64,000 nucleotides of DNA from Tagaea sp. (GTDB lineage: Bacteria; Pseudomonadota; Alphaproteobacteria; CACIAM-22H2): the NCBI GenBank assembly GCA_965279525.1, contig CBDIIB010000004.1:832001-896000 (forward strand). Direction: 5' to 3'. Positions within the stretch are counted from its first letter, which is position 1; each line of letters starts with the position of its first letter. Below are positions 33,398-42,308 of this stretch, one piece after another. The position numbers and the translations under genes were made by a program. The notes below the pieces were generated by a model. The model was given only the letters and a program-made list of their open reading frames with translations. It ran no database searches and had not been told where the DNA came from.

Positions 33398-34377
33398 ACG
33401 ATGTCACCCAGCCGGAGTTCGACCTGGGCGGCCCGTGGCACCAAGGCAGGGCGGGCGCGCATCGTCGCGTGCAGGTCGCAGGTCCCGACGCCGGCGCGAT
33501 AGACCGGCCGGGGCGATGCCGTCGTATAAGGTACAGGTGCTGCTTCCCCGCCGCGCGCGAAATCCTCGCGCAGCAGCGTGGCGTACTCGAGGTTCCACGT
33601 CGCCTGCTCCATCAGCGTTTCCTGCGGCAGCGTCGGGCGGTGTCCGGCAGCGCGCGCCACGCAGGCGAAACGCACCAGATGGTCGCCTGCAGGCAGCCAG
33701 CACGCGTCGAGCGGCATCAGCTTCAGGAACCGCAGGAAATGGTCGATGAGCGGAACGGTCGGGAACCAGGTATCCGACGGTCCGAGCACGTAGCCGGTAC
33801 CCGCGAAATTGTACTGCATCATGTAGGCATCGAGCGGCAGGGCGGCGGTCTCGATCACCATCAGGCCGCCGGGCCGCAGGGCGCTGCGCGCCGCCGCGAG
33901 CACATGGAACGGGGAAAACACATGGTAGAGCACGCCCGAGCAGATGACGACGTCGAACCCCTGTTTGGGTTCGGGCGCGCCGGTATATCGATGACGCGTG
34001 ATCTCGCCGGCGTGCCGCTCTTCGAGAGCACGCAGCAGCGAGCCCGACATGATGTTCGGCAGATATGCGAAATCGGCGTCGTAGGCCGCCTTGACGCAAG
34101 CGATCTTGTCGGAGAAATCGAGCCCGTCCACCGCAATGACATCGGCAGCACCCTGGCGCTTCAGCAGGACCGGCACGAGCCCTTCCATCGTGCCGATGTC
34201 GAGGCAGCGCGCACCGGACAGATCGATCCTTGAAATGAGGTCGCGCGTCAGCGCCACATTCGGGAACCGCTGCCCCGGTGTCATCACGCCCGGCGCCAGT
34301 TCCATCGCGTAGTACCAGTACTGGCCGAGGAACGCACGGGCGCGATCCTCGGTCGCAAGCCAGGGAAGTCCGGTCAC
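33394..34377 (-). CDS. Class I SAM-dependent methyltransferase (CmoB/DUF1698-like)
   Basis: WYYAMELAPGVMTPG, CLDIGTMEG (motif I), FDVVICSGVLYH, LRPGG; GTG start overlapping the upstream stop. Confidence 0.85.
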   Translation of the reverse strand: MTGLPWLATEDRARAFLGQYWYYAMELAPGVMTPGQRFPNVALTRDLISRIDLSGARCLDIGTMEGLVPVLLKRQGAADVIAVDGLDFSDKIACVKAAYDADFAYLPNIMSGSLLRALEERHAGEITRHRYTGAPEPKQGFDVVICSGVLYHVFSPFHVLAAARSALRPGGLMVIETAALPLDAYMMQYNFAGTGYVLGPSDTWFPTVPLIDHFLRFLKLMPLDACWLPAGDHLVRFACVARAAGHRPTLPQETLMEQATWNLEYATLLREDFARGGEAAPVPYTTASPRPVYRAGVGTCDLHATMRARPALVPRAAQVELRLGDIV

Positions 34378-35363
34378 GTCGATCGCTCCGCCTTGATGCG
34401 TGGCCAGCGCCGGATGGCGCCGGGGTCGTCCCGAAGCATTCGCCTGTACCATGCGACGGTCGCCTCGAGCCCGGCGCGCAGATCGGTATAGGTGAAGCCG
34501 GACAGGGAAACGAAAGCCGAATTGTCGGTGACGCGCCTGTCGATGCCGCGCGCGCGCGCCGGATCGAAGCGGATGCGTTCGGCCGGCACGCCGCAGATGT
34601 CGGCAAGCATCATGGCCACCGAGCGGATTGTCTGCGCCTGCCCGCACCCGACATTGAGCAGGCCCACCGACGAATGGTTGGCAAGGCACCACATGTATGC
34701 GCGTGCCATGTCGGGCGCATAGGTGATCTCGCGCATCGGGCTGCCGTCGCCCCAGATCGACAGGTCGTCGGCCGGCGGCGTCCATTCGCAAAAGCGCCGG
34801 ACCAGCCCTGCGATCCAGGTGCAGTCGTCCGGATTGTAGTTGTCGTTGGGTCCGTAGATGCCCGACGGGACGAGTCCGATCACGTCGAGCGAATGTTCGG
34901 CTCGATAGGCGCGGATCGCAGGCTCCATCAGGCGCTTTGCCATCGCATAGGAATAGGCCGTCTCGTGCGGCAGGCCCTGGTGGACCTGGCTCTCGGTGTT
35001 GGGTTGGGGGGCATCGGCCGGATACATGCCCGACGACAGGGTTAGAACGACCTTGTCGAGCCGGTGGGCAACCGCGGCATCGAGGACGGCAAAGCACATC
35101 GCGACATTGTCGCGAAGGATGCGTGCCGGATAGCGCCGGGCGAGATCGATGCCGCCCGATATGGCGGCAAGATGGACAATCCGCCGGATCCCTTCCCTGC
35201 CGACGAACTCACGCACCGCCGTTGCGTCGGTGAGATCGAGTTCCTCGCGTGCGACAAAAACGAAATCGTGACCGGAATAATCGGATGCCAGATCGACGAA
35301 TGCCGAACCCAGCACGCCCGTCGAGCCTGTCACCAGCAGCCGCGGGCGCGGACCAGCCGGCAT
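34374..35363 (-). CDS. GDP-L-fucose synthase-like NAD(P)-dependent extended SDR
   Basis: VTGSTGVLG, HLAAISGGI, SSGMYP, YAMAK, YGPNDN, WGDGSPMRE. Confidence 0.88.
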   Translation of the reverse strand: MPAGPRPRLLVTGSTGVLGSAFVDLASDYSGHDFVFVAREELDLTDATAVREFVGREGIRRIVHLAAISGGIDLARRYPARILRDNVAMCFAVLDAAVAHRLDKVVLTLSSGMYPADAPQPNTESQVHQGLPHETAYSYAMAKRLMEPAIRAYRAEHSLDVIGLVPSGIYGPNDNYNPDDCTWIAGLVRRFCEWTPPADDLSIWGDGSPMREITYAPDMARAYMWCLANHSSVGLLNVGCGQAQTIRSVAMMLADICGVPAERIRFDPARARGIDRRVTDNSAFVSLSGFTYTDLRAGLEATVAWYRRMLRDDPGAIRRWPRIKAERST

Positions 35364-35364
35364 T

Positions 35365-37377
35365 CTAGAAATGTCCGGCGAGATGGCGCGCGAGCGCCTT
35401 GTTGCCGTAGAGATAGGCGCCCTTCTTGTTGCCGTACCAGACGACCTCCCGGCACCAGTCGGCGAAAACAGGCCACGGCTCCTTCGAGCGCTCGATACGG
35501 TAGGCAACAGGCTCTTCGACCAGATCCTCGCTGCGTCCTTCAAGGATCGCGCGATAATAGGGATAGAGATCGCTGCCAAGGCGCACTTCGATGTCGGCAA
35601 GCACGCCCGGCTCCTTGACCAGCGCCCGGTTGAGGCGGAAGGCGTCGGCGACCGTCTCGCGCGGCACCAGCGAGCGGTGCTCCGAGATCGTCGAGAAGAC
35701 GAGACGCTCGGCTTCGGAGTAGAACGCATCGAGCTTCCCGCCGGCGACAAGATCGATGAAGACCAGTTCGTCGGCCGGCCAGTGGATGCCGAGCCACTTC
35801 TCGGAGTACACGTACTCGACCGCGCCGTCCTGTATCTGACGGGCATAGTCGTCGAAGTAGGCGCGGATGGCGCCGATGACCGGATAATCGCCCGCATCGG
35901 CCCGGAAGAACGCCTCGAGCAGACGGCGGAACGGCACGCCGCATTTCTCGTGCGCGACGAGGATCGGGATCTGGAGCAGCTTGTTGTAGTGGATGAGTGC
36001 GGTCATCCACGCGAAGCTGCGCGCCTTGCGCCAGTCGGCTGCGGGCATCGACGCGGTCTCGACGACGAGGTCCTGGGTCTCGTAGATGCCGTCGGGATCG
36101 ACGTCGATCGAGCCGTGGATGTTCACGATCTTCGTCACGACCGTCCGCATGCCGTACTTTTCCTGATAGGCAGGATCGCCCATCTCCGCGTTCGGCAGGA
36201 TCGACAGGTTGTTGAACTGGATGCGGTTGTGCTGGCCGTTGTCCATCAGCCAGCAGATGCCGTCGACCCACGAATCGTACGTCTCGCCCGGCAGGCCGAG
36301 GATCAGGTCGGAATAGGTCTCGACGCGGTCGCGCGTGAATCGGCGCTGCAGTTCCTCGTACGTATCGAGGGCGATGTTCTGCCGCTTGATCGCCTTGAGC
36401 GTGCCCGGATCGAGCGACTGCATGGAAAGCGTCACGCCCTTGTTCATCCCGGCGTCGGACAGGATCTTCTGCGTGAGGTACGCGCGATCCGTCGCGTTCT
36501 TGGTGTTCTGCACGGAGATGGCGCGCGGATAGCCGCGTTCCGCCTTGGTGCGGGCAAGCGATTCCGCAAGCTGGATGTCGCGCGCGAGGATGCCGAAATT
36601 CGCGTCGCAGCAGAAGATGAACTCGATTTTCTGGTCGGCAAACCAGGCGATCTCGCGGTCGAGACGCGCAAGGTCGAACTGGAAGACCTTGGCCTGCGTC
36701 GCCGAACCCCAGTCGCAGAACGTGCACTGGAACGGACAGCCGCGGTTGGTCTCCCACAGCACGATCCAGTTTTCCTTCGGGTTCGCTGCCATCAGCGGCG
36801 CGAAGATGCCGTCCAGATACGGCGACGGCACGTCGTTGAGATCCCGGATGCGCGGGCCTTTGGCGTGGCAGACAAACTCGGTGTCGCGGATGTAGGACAG
36901 GTTGGCGATGCCGGACCAGTCGCGCGACGGCCAGGCATCGAGCAGCTTCGTGAACGCGTGCTCGCCCTCGCCGTTTATCGCGACATCGATGAACGGATTC
37001 TCGCGCAGGAAAGGTTCGGTGCGGTCGGGGACCTGCGGTCCGCCGAAGACGATCAGGATGCCGGGCTTTCGCGCCTTGAGTTCGCGCGCCACGGCCAGCG
37101 ACAGCTTGACGTTCCAGACATAGGTCGAGAAGCCGACGACGTCGGCATCGAGCATCTGGGCAACCGTTTCCGCGACGCGCTGGCGCTTGTAGACCGGCAG
37201 CAGGAAGTCGATGCGCGCGGGATCGGCCGAGAATTTCCGCACATAGCCTTCGATCAGGCCGACCGCATAGGGCAGATAGTTCTGGCCCGAAAAGCTGTTG
37301 TTGATCTGGACGAGACCGACCTTGCACGTTCCGGCCGCACGCGGATCCGATGTTCCGGTCTGGACTTGCGGGTTCAT
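35365..37377 (-). CDS. Cobalamin-dependent radical SAM enzyme
   Basis: N-terminal B12-binding-type region (GFSTYVWN, VFGGPQ, GEGE), ETNRGCPFQCTFCDW CxxxCxxC motif, DANFG, LILGLPGET; long C-terminal extension. Confidence 0.92.
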   Translation of the reverse strand: MNPQVQTGTSDPRAAGTCKVGLVQINNSFSGQNYLPYAVGLIEGYVRKFSADPARIDFLLPVYKRQRVAETVAQMLDADVVGFSTYVWNVKLSLAVARELKARKPGILIVFGGPQVPDRTEPFLRENPFIDVAINGEGEHAFTKLLDAWPSRDWSGIANLSYIRDTEFVCHAKGPRIRDLNDVPSPYLDGIFAPLMAANPKENWIVLWETNRGCPFQCTFCDWGSATQAKVFQFDLARLDREIAWFADQKIEFIFCCDANFGILARDIQLAESLARTKAERGYPRAISVQNTKNATDRAYLTQKILSDAGMNKGVTLSMQSLDPGTLKAIKRQNIALDTYEELQRRFTRDRVETYSDLILGLPGETYDSWVDGICWLMDNGQHNRIQFNNLSILPNAEMGDPAYQEKYGMRTVVTKIVNIHGSIDVDPDGIYETQDLVVETASMPAADWRKARSFAWMTALIHYNKLLQIPILVAHEKCGVPFRRLLEAFFRADAGDYPVIGAIRAYFDDYARQIQDGAVEYVYSEKWLGIHWPADELVFIDLVAGGKLDAFYSEAERLVFSTISEHRSLVPRETVADAFRLNRALVKEPGVLADIEVRLGSDLYPYYRAILEGRSEDLVEEPVAYRIERSKEPWPVFADWCREVVWYGNKKGAYLYGNKALARHLAGHF

Positions 37378-37468
37378 GTCGCGCGCGATCTCCGTATCTT
37401 TCCGGTGCGGTCCGTCTGATGCGTCTCGCCGTTCATCCCGAACTTCATTCGCGATTAAACCAAAATAT

Positions 37469-37494
37469 CTAAAATCCCATTAACTTTCCCATAA
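37469..37494. promoter_or_regulatory. Tandem overlapping CtrA-like sites
   Basis: CTAA-N7-TTAA(C)-N7-ATAA: three half-sites at 11 bp period in an AT-rich divergent intergenic region. Confidence 0.45.
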
Positions 37495-37659
37495 ATAGCT
37501 GAGGGAAATCGAAGTTTCGCCAAAAAGGTTACGTGAAATGAGACATGTAGGGCAAGGGACGTGTCGGAAATGCCGCTTTTTCCGCCAGCCGATGGTCGAT
37601 TGATTTCGTGGGTCGCGTTCTGCTAGCAACGAATGCAAGGGCGTGCAGGGAGAGAACGT

Positions 37660-38404
37660 TTGCCGGATTACATCCTGGAAACCGAGGGTCTGACGAAGGA
37701 GTTCCGCGGCTTCGTCGCCGTGAATGGCGTGTCGCTCAAGGTCAGCCGCGGCACGATCCATGCGCTGATCGGACCCAACGGAGCCGGCAAGACGACCTGC
37801 TTCAACCTCCTGACCAAGTTCCTCGACCCGACGCGCGGAGCCATCCGCTACAACGGCAGCGACATCACGGGCGCCAAGCCCGCCGACATCGCCCGGATGG
37901 GTCTCGTTCGCTCGTTCCAGATCTCCGCAGTATTCCCGCATCTGAGCGTGCTGGAGAACGTGCGAGTCGCGTTGCAGCGCAAGCGCGGCAATTCGTTCGA
38001 CTTCTGGCGCAGCGACAGCGTTCTCGATGCTTACAACGAACGCGCGCGCGAGCTGATCGACTGGGTCGGCCTGACCGAATTCGCGGAAACCACCGCTGTC
38101 GAGATGCCCTATGGCCGCAAGCGCGCACTCGAGATCGCCACGACGCTGGCGCTCGAACCGGAGATGATGCTGCTCGACGAGCCGACAGCCGGCATGGGGC
38201 ATGAGGATGTCGGGCGCATCTCCAGCCTCATCAAGCGCGTCGCGAAGGGTCGGACCGTGCTGATGGTCGAGCACAATCTTTCGGTCGTGTCCGACCTGTC
38301 CGACACGATAACGGTGCTGGCGCGCGGCGAGGTGCTGGCCGAAGGCGACTATGCCGCCGTCTCGAAGAACCCCGACGTGATCCAGGCCTACATGGGGGCC
38401 GGAC

Positions 38405-38412
<8 letters not shown>
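37660..38412 (+). CDS. Branched-chain amino acid-type ABC transporter ATP-binding protein (LivG-like)
   Basis: GPNGAGKTT, LLDEPTAGM, VEH; TTG start after GGGAGAG. Confidence 0.93.
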
Positions 38413-39109
<697 letters not shown>

Positions 39110-39133
39110 AATCCAAAACATGGGAGAAACGAA

Positions 39134-40339
39134 ATGAAGAAGTTCAAAAGCATCCTGGCGGGGGCCGCGGCGCTGACCGTGCTCGCCATGCCGGCCGCAG
39201 CGCAGACGAACGTCAAGATCGGCATCCTGACCGACATGTCGAGCCTCTACACCGATCTCGCCGGTGCAGGCTCCGTCCTCGCCGCGCGCATGGCAGTCGA
39301 GGATTTCGGTGCCGCCGCCAAGGGCATCAAGGTCGACTTCGTCTCGGCCGACCACCAGAACAAGGCCGACGTCGGCTCGAACATCGGTCGCCAGTGGATC
39401 GACATCGACAAGGTCGACGTGATCGTCGACGTGCCGAACTCGGGCGTGGCACTCGCCATCAACGAGATCGCCAAGGACAAGAACAAGGTGTTCCTCGTCT
39501 CGGGCGCCGCGTCGTCCGGCCTGACGGGGGCTGCCTGCTCGCCCAACACCGTCCACTGGACCTATGACACCTGGGCACTGGCGAACGGAACCGGCAGCGC
39601 CATCGTGAAGACCGGCGGCGACAGCTGGTTCTTCCTGACCGCCGACTATGCCTTCGGCCACCAGCTCGAGGCCGACACGGCAGCCGTCGTCAACAAGCTC
39701 GGCGGCAAGGTGCTGGGTCAGGTCCGCCACCCGCTCAATGCCAACGACTTTTCGTCGTTCCTGCTGCAGGCGCAGTCGAGCCGGGCCAAGATCGTCGGCC
39801 TCGCCAATGCGGGCGGCGACACGGTCAACTCGATCAAGCAGGCGGCTGAATTCGGCATCGTCCGGCGCGGCCAGAACCTTGCCGGCCTGCTCGTGTTCCT
39901 GACCGACGTGCATGCACTCGGCCTCGAGACGGCGCAGGGCCTGATCCTGACCGAAGCCTTCTACTGGGACCAGAGCGACGCCTCGCGCGCGTTCGCCAAA
40001 CGCTTCTCGGCGGGCAACAAGGGCATCCACCCCACGATGGTGCATGCGGGCGTCTACGCGTCCGTCACCCACTATCTGAAGGCGGTCGAAGCCGGCAAGA
40101 GTGCGGCCGACGGCAAGGCGGTCGTCGAGCGCATGAAGGCGATGCCGACCGACGATCCGCTGTTCGGCAAGGGTGTCGTCCGCAAGGACGGCCGCAAGAT
40201 CCACGACATGTACCTGTTCGAGGTCAAGAAGCCTTCGGAATCGAAGGCGCCGTGGGACTACTACAAGCTCCGCGCGACGATCCCGGCGGCCGAAGCCTTC
40301 CGCCCGTTGGCGGACGGCAAGTGCCCGATCGCCGGCTGA
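39134..40339 (+). CDS. ABC transporter substrate-binding protein (Liv/HAAT family)
   Basis: Signal peptide; ADHQNKAD, TADYAFG, LANAGGD. Confidence 0.93.
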   Translation: MKKFKSILAGAAALTVLAMPAAAQTNVKIGILTDMSSLYTDLAGAGSVLAARMAVEDFGAAAKGIKVDFVSADHQNKADVGSNIGRQWIDIDKVDVIVDVPNSGVALAINEIAKDKNKVFLVSGAASSGLTGAACSPNTVHWTYDTWALANGTGSAIVKTGGDSWFFLTADYAFGHQLEADTAAVVNKLGGKVLGQVRHPLNANDFSSFLLQAQSSRAKIVGLANAGGDTVNSIKQAAEFGIVRRGQNLAGLLVFLTDVHALGLETAQGLILTEAFYWDQSDASRAFAKRFSAGNKGIHPTMVHAGVYASVTHYLKAVEAGKSAADGKAVVERMKAMPTDDPLFGKGVVRKDGRKIHDMYLFEVKKPSESKAPWDYYKLRATIPAAEAFRPLADGKCPIAG

Positions 40340-40346
40340 CCTGACC

Positions 40347-40377
40347 GGGGCGGGGGAAGGTTCCCCCGCCCCCTTTT
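40347..40377 (+). terminator. Intra-operon hairpin / partial terminator after the SBP gene
   Basis: GGGGCGGGGGAA-GG-TTCCCCCGCCCC followed by CTTTT. Confidence 0.65.
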
Positions 40378-40399
40378 CCTTCTCCGAGCAACCGGTCCA

Positions 40400-41287
40400 A
40401 TGCCCGACATCTTCGGAATTCCGCCCCAGGCCCTGTTCGGCCAGCTGCTGCTGGGGCTGATCAACGGCTCGTTCTACGCGATGCTGAGCCTCGGGCTTGC
40501 GATCATTTTCGGCCTGCTCAACATCATCAACTTCACCCACGGCGCCCAGTACATGATGGGTGCCTTCGTCGCGTGGATGCTGCTCAACTGGATGGGCATC
40601 GGCTACTGGTGGTCGATGCTGATCGTGCCGATCGTCGTCGGCGCCACCGGCATCCTGATCGAGCGCACGATGTTGCGGCATCTCTACAAGCTCGATCACC
40701 TCTATGGCCTGCTGCTGACCTTCGGGATCGCGCTGATCATCCAGGGTCTCTTCCGCGACCAGTTCGGATCTTCCGGCCTTCCGTACCGCATCCCCGAAGA
40801 GCTGCGCGGCGGAACCGATCTCGGTTTCATGTACATGCCCAACTACCGTGGCTGGGTCGTCGCCGTCTCGCTCGTCGTCTGCATTTCCACTTGGTTCGTG
40901 ATCGAGAAGACCAAGCTTGGCGCCTATCTGCGTGCCGCGACCGAGAACCCGCCCCTCGTCGAGGCGTTCGGCATCAACGTGCCGCGCATGATCACGCTGA
41001 CCTACGGCTTCGGTGTCGGCCTCGCGGCATTCAGTGGCGTGCTTGCCGCCCCGATCTACCAGGTAAGCCCCCAGATGGGCGCCGACCTGATCATCGTCGT
41101 CTTCGCCGTCGTCGTCATCGGCGGCATGGGCTCCATCATGGGTTCGATCATCACCGGATTCAGCCTCGGCATCGTCGAAGGCCTGACCAAGGTCTTCTAT
41201 CCGGAGGCTTCCGCGACGGTCATCTTCGTCATCATGGCGATCGTCCTGCTCGTCAAGCCGGCCGGCCTGTTCGGGAGGACACGATGA
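40400..41287 (+). CDS. ABC transporter permease (LivH-like)
   Basis: INFTHG, GAYLRAATEN, VVIGGMGS; multiple TM segments. Confidence 0.93.
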   Translation: MPDIFGIPPQALFGQLLLGLINGSFYAMLSLGLAIIFGLLNIINFTHGAQYMMGAFVAWMLLNWMGIGYWWSMLIVPIVVGATGILIERTMLRHLYKLDHLYGLLLTFGIALIIQGLFRDQFGSSGLPYRIPEELRGGTDLGFMYMPNYRGWVVAVSLVVCISTWFVIEKTKLGAYLRAATENPPLVEAFGINVPRMITLTYGFGVGLAAFSGVLAAPIYQVSPQMGADLIIVVFAVVVIGGMGSIMGSIITGFSLGIVEGLTKVFYPEASATVIFVIMAIVLLVKPAGLFGRTR

Positions 41288-42228
41288 ACGGCGGATCCGG
41301 CGGCATGCCGCGCCATCAGCAGGTATTGTTCGCGGCCATGGTCCTGTTCCTGGCGGTGGCACCGTTCTTCATCTACCCGGTCTTCCTGATGAAGGTGCTG
41401 TGCTTCGCGCTGTTTGCATGCGCCTTCAACCTGCTGATCGGGTTCGTCGGCCTCCTGTCGTTCGGCCACGCGATGTTCTTCGGCGGTGCAGCCTATGTCG
41501 CGGCGCACGCGGCGAAGGTCTGGGGCTGGCCGTTCGAGATTTCCGTGCTCGCCGGTACGGCGACTGCGGCTTGCATGGGCTTTGTCGTCGGATCCCTTGC
41601 CATCCGCAGGCAGGGCATCTACTTCGCGATGATCACTCTCGCATTGGCCCAGATGATCTATTTTCTGGCACTGCAGGCGCCCTTCACCGGCGGTGAAGAC
41701 GGCCTCCAGAAGGTCCCGCGCGGATACCTGCTGGGCGTCATCGACCTGCGCAACGACCTGACACTCTACTTCGTCGTCGCGGCGATCTTCCTGGCCGGCT
41801 TCCTCGCGATCTACCGCATCGTCCATTCGCCGTTCGGGCAGGTGCTGAAGTCGATCCGCGAGAACGAACCGCGCGCGATCTCGCTCGGCTACAAGGCGGA
41901 CCACTACAAGCTCATGGCCTTCGTCCTTTCGGCGACCCTCGTCGGGCTGGCGGGATCGGTCAAGGCGATGGTGTTCCAGCTCGCCTCGCTGACCGACGTC
42001 CATTGGTCGATGTCGGGCGAAGTGGTGCTGATGACGCTGGTCGGCGGACTCGGCACGATCTTCGGACCGATCGCCGGAGCGGTGGTGATCATCACGATGC
42101 AGAACTACCTCGCTGAACTCGGCTCGTGGGTCACCATCGTGCAGGGGGTTGTATTCGTCATCTGTGTCCTCGCGTTCCGTCGCGGCATCGTCGGCGAGAT
42201 CGCGCGTTTCATACGAAAGCCGCTCTAG
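41284..42228 (+). CDS. ABC transporter permease (LivM-like)
   Basis: GLLSFGHA, GIYFAMITLA, TGGEDG, IRENE; ATGA overlap with the upstream permease. Confidence 0.93.
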   Translation: MNGGSGGMPRHQQVLFAAMVLFLAVAPFFIYPVFLMKVLCFALFACAFNLLIGFVGLLSFGHAMFFGGAAYVAAHAAKVWGWPFEISVLAGTATAACMGFVVGSLAIRRQGIYFAMITLALAQMIYFLALQAPFTGGEDGLQKVPRGYLLGVIDLRNDLTLYFVVAAIFLAGFLAIYRIVHSPFGQVLKSIRENEPRAISLGYKADHYKLMAFVLSATLVGLAGSVKAMVFQLASLTDVHWSMSGEVVLMTLVGGLGTIFGPIAGAVVIITMQNYLAELGSWVTIVQGVVFVICVLAFRRGIVGEIARFIRKPL

Positions 42229-42248
42229 GCGCGGCGCTCCTGCGCGCT

Positions 42249-42277
42249 TTGTCCGAATCGGCCATGTCGGCTACGCT
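42249..42277 (+). promoter_or_regulatory. Candidate sigma70 promoter of the NCS2 permease
   Basis: TTGTCC, 17 nt spacer, TACGCT. Confidence 0.45.
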
Positions 42278-42308
42278 TCTCCCAAAATAAACAATAGGAG
42301 AAGCCGGC

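Noticed and set aside
27925-37660. Genomic island integrated at tRNA-Val
   Set aside because: No integrase, no repeat of the tRNA 3' end noticed by eye, and core msrA lies just downstream.
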